DNA of 64,000 nucleotides from Alphaproteobacteria bacterium (lineage in GTDB: Bacteria; Pseudomonadota; Alphaproteobacteria; Rs-D84; SZUA-605). Below, in pieces: positions 59,211-64,000 of the stretch. Position numbers and translations under genes: made by a program. The first letter of the stretch is position 1; each line of letters starts with the position of its first letter. The stretch is taken from positions 192,001 to 256,000 of the forward strand of contig JAVBPW010000001.1 in the NCBI GenBank assembly GCA_031549385.1. The letters are read 5' to 3'. The notes under the pieces are model-generated. The model saw only the letters and a list, made by a program, of their open reading frames with translations. It was not told the origin of the DNA and ran no database searches.

Positions 59211-59991
59211 AACAATTTTTGGAATTTTATTAGCTACTATTAGAATTTCTCTTTTTGTTTTATGGTCGTCTTTATGTGTGGTTTTTGGATATGTTTTCTT
59301 ATTTTTACATTTAAAAACTAATGCTTTTTTACATATATGGTGGAAACTTTCAAATAGAATATTTGGATTAAAGCTTAAAGTTGTTGGTCAAATAGATAAA
59401 TCAAAAAAAATTATTTATGTTTCTAATCATATTTCTTATTGGGATATTTTTGCATATGGAGAAGCTTTAAATCCTACATTCATATCAAAAACAGAAGTTA
59501 GAAAATGGCCTGTAATTGGATATTTGTCTGATAAATTTGCAAGACTTTATTTTATGGATAGAAGGCCTTCTGCTGTTAAAACTGAAAAAGAAAATATAAA
59601 TAATTTTTTGAAAACAATAACAAGAAGCATGATGTTCTTTCCTGAGGGAACTACTACTGATGGAAGCTGCATTTTACCATTTAGAGGTGCTTTATTTGAA
59701 AATTTTTTAGAAAAAGATGTTGATATTTGTCTATGCTTTATAGAATACAAAAAAATAAGTGGAATCCCGGTAAAAACTAAAGCTCAAAGAAGAGTTCATG
59801 CTTGGTATAATGACCCTGATCTTAGACTTGAAGATATATCTTTGTTTAAATCTATGTTTAAGGCTGCAATGTATAAGAATTTTGAAGTTCAAGTTAAACA
59901 GATTGGTCTTTTTAATATGAAAAAGATTACTGATAGGAAGGAAATCACAAAACTTTGTGAAAAAGCCATTTTAAAAGAATTTAAAGACTAG
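59194..59991 (+). CDS. PlsC/OlsA family acyltransferase
   Basis: SNHISYWD, FISK.EV..WP..G, FFPEGTT.DG...PF; overlaps the olsB-like gene. Confidence 0.9.
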   Translation: MMRMLKTIFGILLATIRISLFVLWSSLCVVFGYVFLFLHLKTNAFLHIWWKLSNRIFGLKLKVVGQIDKSKKIIYVSNHISYWDIFAYGEALNPTFISKTEVRKWPVIGYLSDKFARLYFMDRRPSAVKTEKENINNFLKTITRSMMFFPEGTTTDGSCILPFRGALFENFLEKDVDICLCFIEYKKISGIPVKTKAQRRVHAWYNDPDLRLEDISLFKSMFKAAMYKNFEVQVKQIGLFNMKKITDRKEITKLCEKAILKEFKD

Positions 59992-60161
59992 CCAGATTAT
60001 AGAATTTTGTTGACTCCTAATTTTTTTTGAATTACACTCAAATTATGAGTTTCGATATCTTTTGCCAAATGTTTCTTATAATATTTGAGAAAGGCTTTAA
60101 AAACTCGCTCTTAAGAGAAGTCTTAGGAAAAATAACAACAATAATATAAGGAAAAACGACT

Positions 60162-60368
60162 ATGGCAAATGGTACTGTAAAATGGTTTAATGGTAAAAAA
60201 GGTTTTGGATTTATCCAACCTGAAGCTGGCGGAAATGATGTATTTGTACATTTTTCAGCTGTAAAAGACGCAGGACTTAGAACTCTTGATGAAGGTCAAA
60301 AAGTATCTTACGAATTGACTACAGAAAAGGGTAAAACTTCTGCTACTGGCTTAAAACTAGTTAAATAA
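60162..60368 (+). CDS. cspA: Cold-shock protein
   Basis: [28 protein letters not shown]. Confidence 0.97.
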   Translation: MANGTVKWFNGKKGFGFIQPEAGGNDVFVHFSAVKDAGLRTLDEGQKVSYELTTEKGKTSATGLKLVK

Positions 60369-60383
60369 GTTTACAAAAAAGAT

Positions 60384-60412
60384 AAAAATACCGCTTTTAA
60401 GCGGTATTTTTT
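60384..60412. terminator. Bidirectional terminator after csp gene
   Basis: AAAAATACCGCTT-tt-AAGCGGTATTTTT. Confidence 0.8.
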
Positions 60413-60413
60413 A

Positions 60414-61052
60414 TTACCAATTTTTACATGGAGCCAGCTGATCAGCATAGCTTTCTTTAGAATCTAGTTTTGTGTTTTGAGATAATCTTTCTTTTTCAAA
60501 ATTTTCTCTTAATGTTGTTACAGATGGATCTTCATCAACCTGTTTTATAAATCGGTCTGTTACTTTTTCTACATTATCATAACTATCTATTTGAATTGGT
60601 TTTATATCTTGAATTAGTTCTCTTGTTGCTTGTTCTATTAATGGAGAATATTGTAATAGCAATTTTTGATGCACTTTAACATGCTCGTTTTCATGATTTA
60701 TAATTTGAGTAAATTCACAGGTGTTTTGTTTGTATTTATTATCTACATAAACAAACATATCTGGATAACCATATTCTAATACCAATGTATCAAGGTATAC
60801 ACAAATTGAACCATTTTTTTCTATTGTCATAGCTTTAAGTCGGTAATTGATAACAAATTTAGCTTCTGTTAGTCCTATTACATTGTTTTGTCGAGCAAGA
60901 GATTTAAGTTTTTCTGATGAAATTTCAAAGACCCTTGGTTGACCTGTGTTTACATGAAATTCTAATTTAGGTTTAGTTTTGTTTATTTGTTCACAAACAT
61001 TCCCATAAGCCGTGGTTGATACTAATAATAAAGCAATAAAGATTTTTCTCAT
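60414..61052 (-). CDS. Secreted hypothetical protein with HExxH motif (DUF922-like putative Zn peptidase)
   Basis: Signal peptide, GLT, C.F..I..HENEHV, LDS..SY; four Cys. Confidence 0.6.
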   Translation of the reverse strand: MRKIFIALLLVSTTAYGNVCEQINKTKPKLEFHVNTGQPRVFEISSEKLKSLARQNNVIGLTEAKFVINYRLKAMTIEKNGSICVYLDTLVLEYGYPDMFVYVDNKYKQNTCEFTQIINHENEHVKVHQKLLLQYSPLIEQATRELIQDIKPIQIDSYDNVEKVTDRFIKQVDEDPSVTTLRENFEKERLSQNTKLDSKESYADQLAPCKNW

Positions 61053-62131
61053 TAATATCTTGTTCCTTTTGGAAGAAGAATATAATAGCTTCCTTGGCTC
61101 TTTTGAATACCTGCTACTTTTAATGCTTTATCACCTGTGCCAAAATATATATCGCCTCTTACTGCACCTTTGATTTTTACTCCTGCATCTTGGGTTACTA
61201 ATAATTTATTATATGGAGCTCCTGATACTGTTGTTGTTAAGAAAATAGGCAAACCTAATGGAATTAATTCTGTATCTATTGCTAAACTTCTTTGTGGTGT
61301 TAATGGCACTCCTTGAGCTCCTAGTGGATGAGATTCTGGAGCTTCTTGGAAAAATATATATCTGTCATTTTCTTTTAAATACTTTCTTGATAACTCTTTA
61401 TTTTCTTTACACCAAGTCTTTACACTTTCTGCTGTATAGCCATCTGCTGGTCTTATCCCTTTTTCCATTAAAATTGTTCCTGCACCTTTAAATGGATGAC
61501 CATTGTTTGCTGCATAATTTAATGATGTTTTTTTACCATCTGGAAGGACTAAAATACCTGAACCCTGTACTTGAAGATGAAATAATTCTTCATGCTCAGT
61601 ATAATATAAAATTGGAGCTTTGCCTGTTACACAGCCTGCTTCAATTTCTTTACGAGTATTATATTTACTTCCTGAAGTTAAATCTGATGGTTTACCATAA
61701 ATTGGAGTATCAAATTTTGCTGTCTTTGTTTTTGAACCTTGCAAATATGGTTGGTAATATCCTGTAAATGTTCCTTTTGAATTACCTTCTGAATTAGACA
61801 CTAAATAAGCATCAAAATGTTGTTCAAAAAATTTACGTGCTTGGCCTTGGTCTACTTTTGCTATATCCTTTGGTAAATCATCACATATTTCTTTTAATTC
61901 TTTTGTTGATACATATATATCAGCTCCATTAACATATTTACCAGCTTTTACTTGCTTACATGATAAAGAAAATGCATATAAAGCATTTGTTGCATTATCT
62001 GTCTTCCATGAAGGAAGTGATGAGTAACTTGTCTTTTTCAAATTTACTTTTTTTGAGCTTACACTTGATAATGTATCGCAACCTGTTAAAAACAAAATTA
62101 TTGAATAAATAGCCGCTTTTTTTAATGTCAT
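61052..62131 (-). CDS. mltA: Membrane-bound lytic murein transglycosylase A
   Basis: Lipobox LTGC, FTGYY.P, LQVQGSG, YAANNG, YIFF, GAQGVPLT..RSLA.D, QDAG..IKG.VR.D..FG. Confidence 0.94.
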   Translation of the reverse strand: MTLKKAAIYSIILFLTGCDTLSSVSSKKVNLKKTSYSSLPSWKTDNATNALYAFSLSCKQVKAGKYVNGADIYVSTKELKEICDDLPKDIAKVDQGQARKFFEQHFDAYLVSNSEGNSKGTFTGYYQPYLQGSKTKTAKFDTPIYGKPSDLTSGSKYNTRKEIEAGCVTGKAPILYYTEHEELFHLQVQGSGILVLPDGKKTSLNYAANNGHPFKGAGTILMEKGIRPADGYTAESVKTWCKENKELSRKYLKENDRYIFFQEAPESHPLGAQGVPLTPQRSLAIDTELIPLGLPIFLTTTVSGAPYNKLLVTQDAGVKIKGAVRGDIYFGTGDKALKVAGIQKSQGSYYILLPKGTRY

Positions 62132-62141
62132 TTTTTTCCTT

Positions 62142-62681
62142 TTATAATATTTCTTTTAATTGCCAAGAAGTATCTTTAATTTGTCTTTGTAATATCCAAT
62201 TTTCTTCTAACTGCAATTGATCTTTCTTATTTCTTTTTATTATTTTATTTTGCGAATTTAAAGTAAATCTTATCTGATTACTTATTATTTTTACATTGAT
62301 TTTTGCCGTGTCTGGCGTAAAATTTGTTTTAGTAATTTCTACTTTTTTATATGATTCAATTTCTATATGATTTGCTATTTTTTGTTTTTGATTTTCTTTT
62401 ACTTCATCATAAAAAATATTATACATCTTTGTTGATAATAATGGAGATAAACCTTGAATATCATTTTTTGAAAATAGTTCCCAAATTTTTCCATGAAAAG
62501 ATTTTACTTGATCAATTATTTCTTTTTTTATCTTTTGTTCTTGTTTTTTAATTTCTATTTTTGTTGGTATAGAAATTGTTGCTTTTTTATCAACTTTTGA
62601 TGAGCGATGTAATATATAGTAAAACACACCAAAAATGATGATAGTTAAGGCTAATAATATTATTAAATCTATATATTGCAC
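62142..62681 (-). CDS. Tim44/TimA-like protein
   Basis: N-terminal TM, V.I.S.QI...E.W.L.R......W.L; sits between secB and mltA as in Alphaproteobacteria. Confidence 0.72.
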   Translation of the reverse strand: MQYIDLIILLALTIIIFGVFYYILHRSSKVDKKATISIPTKIEIKKQEQKIKKEIIDQVKSFHGKIWELFSKNDIQGLSPLLSTKMYNIFYDEVKENQKQKIANHIEIESYKKVEITKTNFTPDTAKINVKIISNQIRFTLNSQNKIIKRNKKDQLQLEENWILQRQIKDTSWQLKEIL

Positions 62682-62751
62682 TTTAAATTTCCTCTTGGTA
62701 TTATTATATTAATAGTGATTGATAAAATCAATAAAATAAAGGAAAAATGAT

Positions 62752-63219
62752 ATGGAAAATAAACAACAAGAAAAACCAGAAATAGCTATTTTAACACAAT
62801 ATGTTAAAGACTTTTCTTTTGAAGCACCTAATTCACCAGAAATATTTTTTAATAAAGAAAATATTTCTGCAAATATCAATTTGAATATCGATATTAAAGT
62901 TAAAACATTAAAAGAAGATCTTTATAATGTTGATCTTATTTTTAAGATAAATAATACTTATGGAGAAGAAAATAAAAACATATTCTTGATTGAATTAGTT
63001 TATGGTGGGATTGTTACTTTAAATATGCCTGAGGAAAAAAGAGAAAAAACATTACTTACTACTGTTCCTTCTTATTTGTTTCCACATGTTAGAGCTTTAA
63101 TTACACGAGTAACTTCTGAATCTGGATTTCCTCCATTTACACTTGCTCCTATTGATTGGGAAGTAATGTATACAAATAATAAAAATAACGTAAATTCTGT
63201 AAATACTAAAGTTCATTAA
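62752..63219 (+). CDS. secB: Protein-export chaperone SecB
   Basis: QYVKDFSFEAPNSP, EL.YGG, P..LFP..R......GFPP..L.PIDW. Confidence 0.95.
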   Translation: MENKQQEKPEIAILTQYVKDFSFEAPNSPEIFFNKENISANINLNIDIKVKTLKEDLYNVDLIFKINNTYGEENKNIFLIELVYGGIVTLNMPEEKREKTLLTTVPSYLFPHVRALITRVTSESGFPPFTLAPIDWEVMYTNNKNNVNSVNTKVH

Positions 63220-63237
63220 AAAATAGAACTTAAAAAT

Positions 63238-63270
63238 AAAAAAACCGGCTTTTAGTCGGTTTTTTATTTT
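63238..63270. terminator. Bidirectional terminator between secB and mreB
   Basis: AAAAAACCGGCT-ttt-AGTCGGTTTTTT. Confidence 0.78.
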
Positions 63271-63296
63271 TATAAGTCTTTGTTTTATGAGTCTTA

Positions 63297-64000
<704 letters not shown>

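Overview
AT-rich (by eye under ~30% GC), gene-dense chromosomal segment of an Alphaproteobacterium. The assignment rests on MucR/Ros, a one-Cys DksA, the secB-Tim44-mltA cluster, olsB-olsA and lptF-lptD-surA; a finer placement needs marker-gene phylogeny. Most of the window is housekeeping: tRNA/rRNA modification, DNA replication and restart, a split SUF system, envelope/LPS genes and mreB. It also holds tRNA-Lys(TTT), tRNA-Val(TAC) and an rpmJ gene missed by the ORF track. I see no CRISPR array, transposase or prophage. The best candidate for an undescribed system is an 8.6 kb array of three co-oriented paralogous secreted proteins (27858-36449). They share a signal peptide, an acidic patch, an Arg-rich ARSAR repeat region, a conserved CxxxYxxCMDxxC...GRCLC core and a variable number of Cys modules. 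Two also share a C-terminal cap, and one carries eight EGF-like 4-Cys repeats. Other oddities: a ~130 bp palindromic element at the dnaB stop, a doubly lesioned autotransporter, two small islets at tRNA 3' ends (a stand-alone toxin-tip-like ORF; a Ppx-like/Nudix pair with a POTRA-less Omp85), a Cys/Lys-rich lipoprotein inside the skp-lpxD operon, a PFK homologue with altered active-site motifs, and an H1-like protein. All calls come from motif recognition by eye; no database searches were run.
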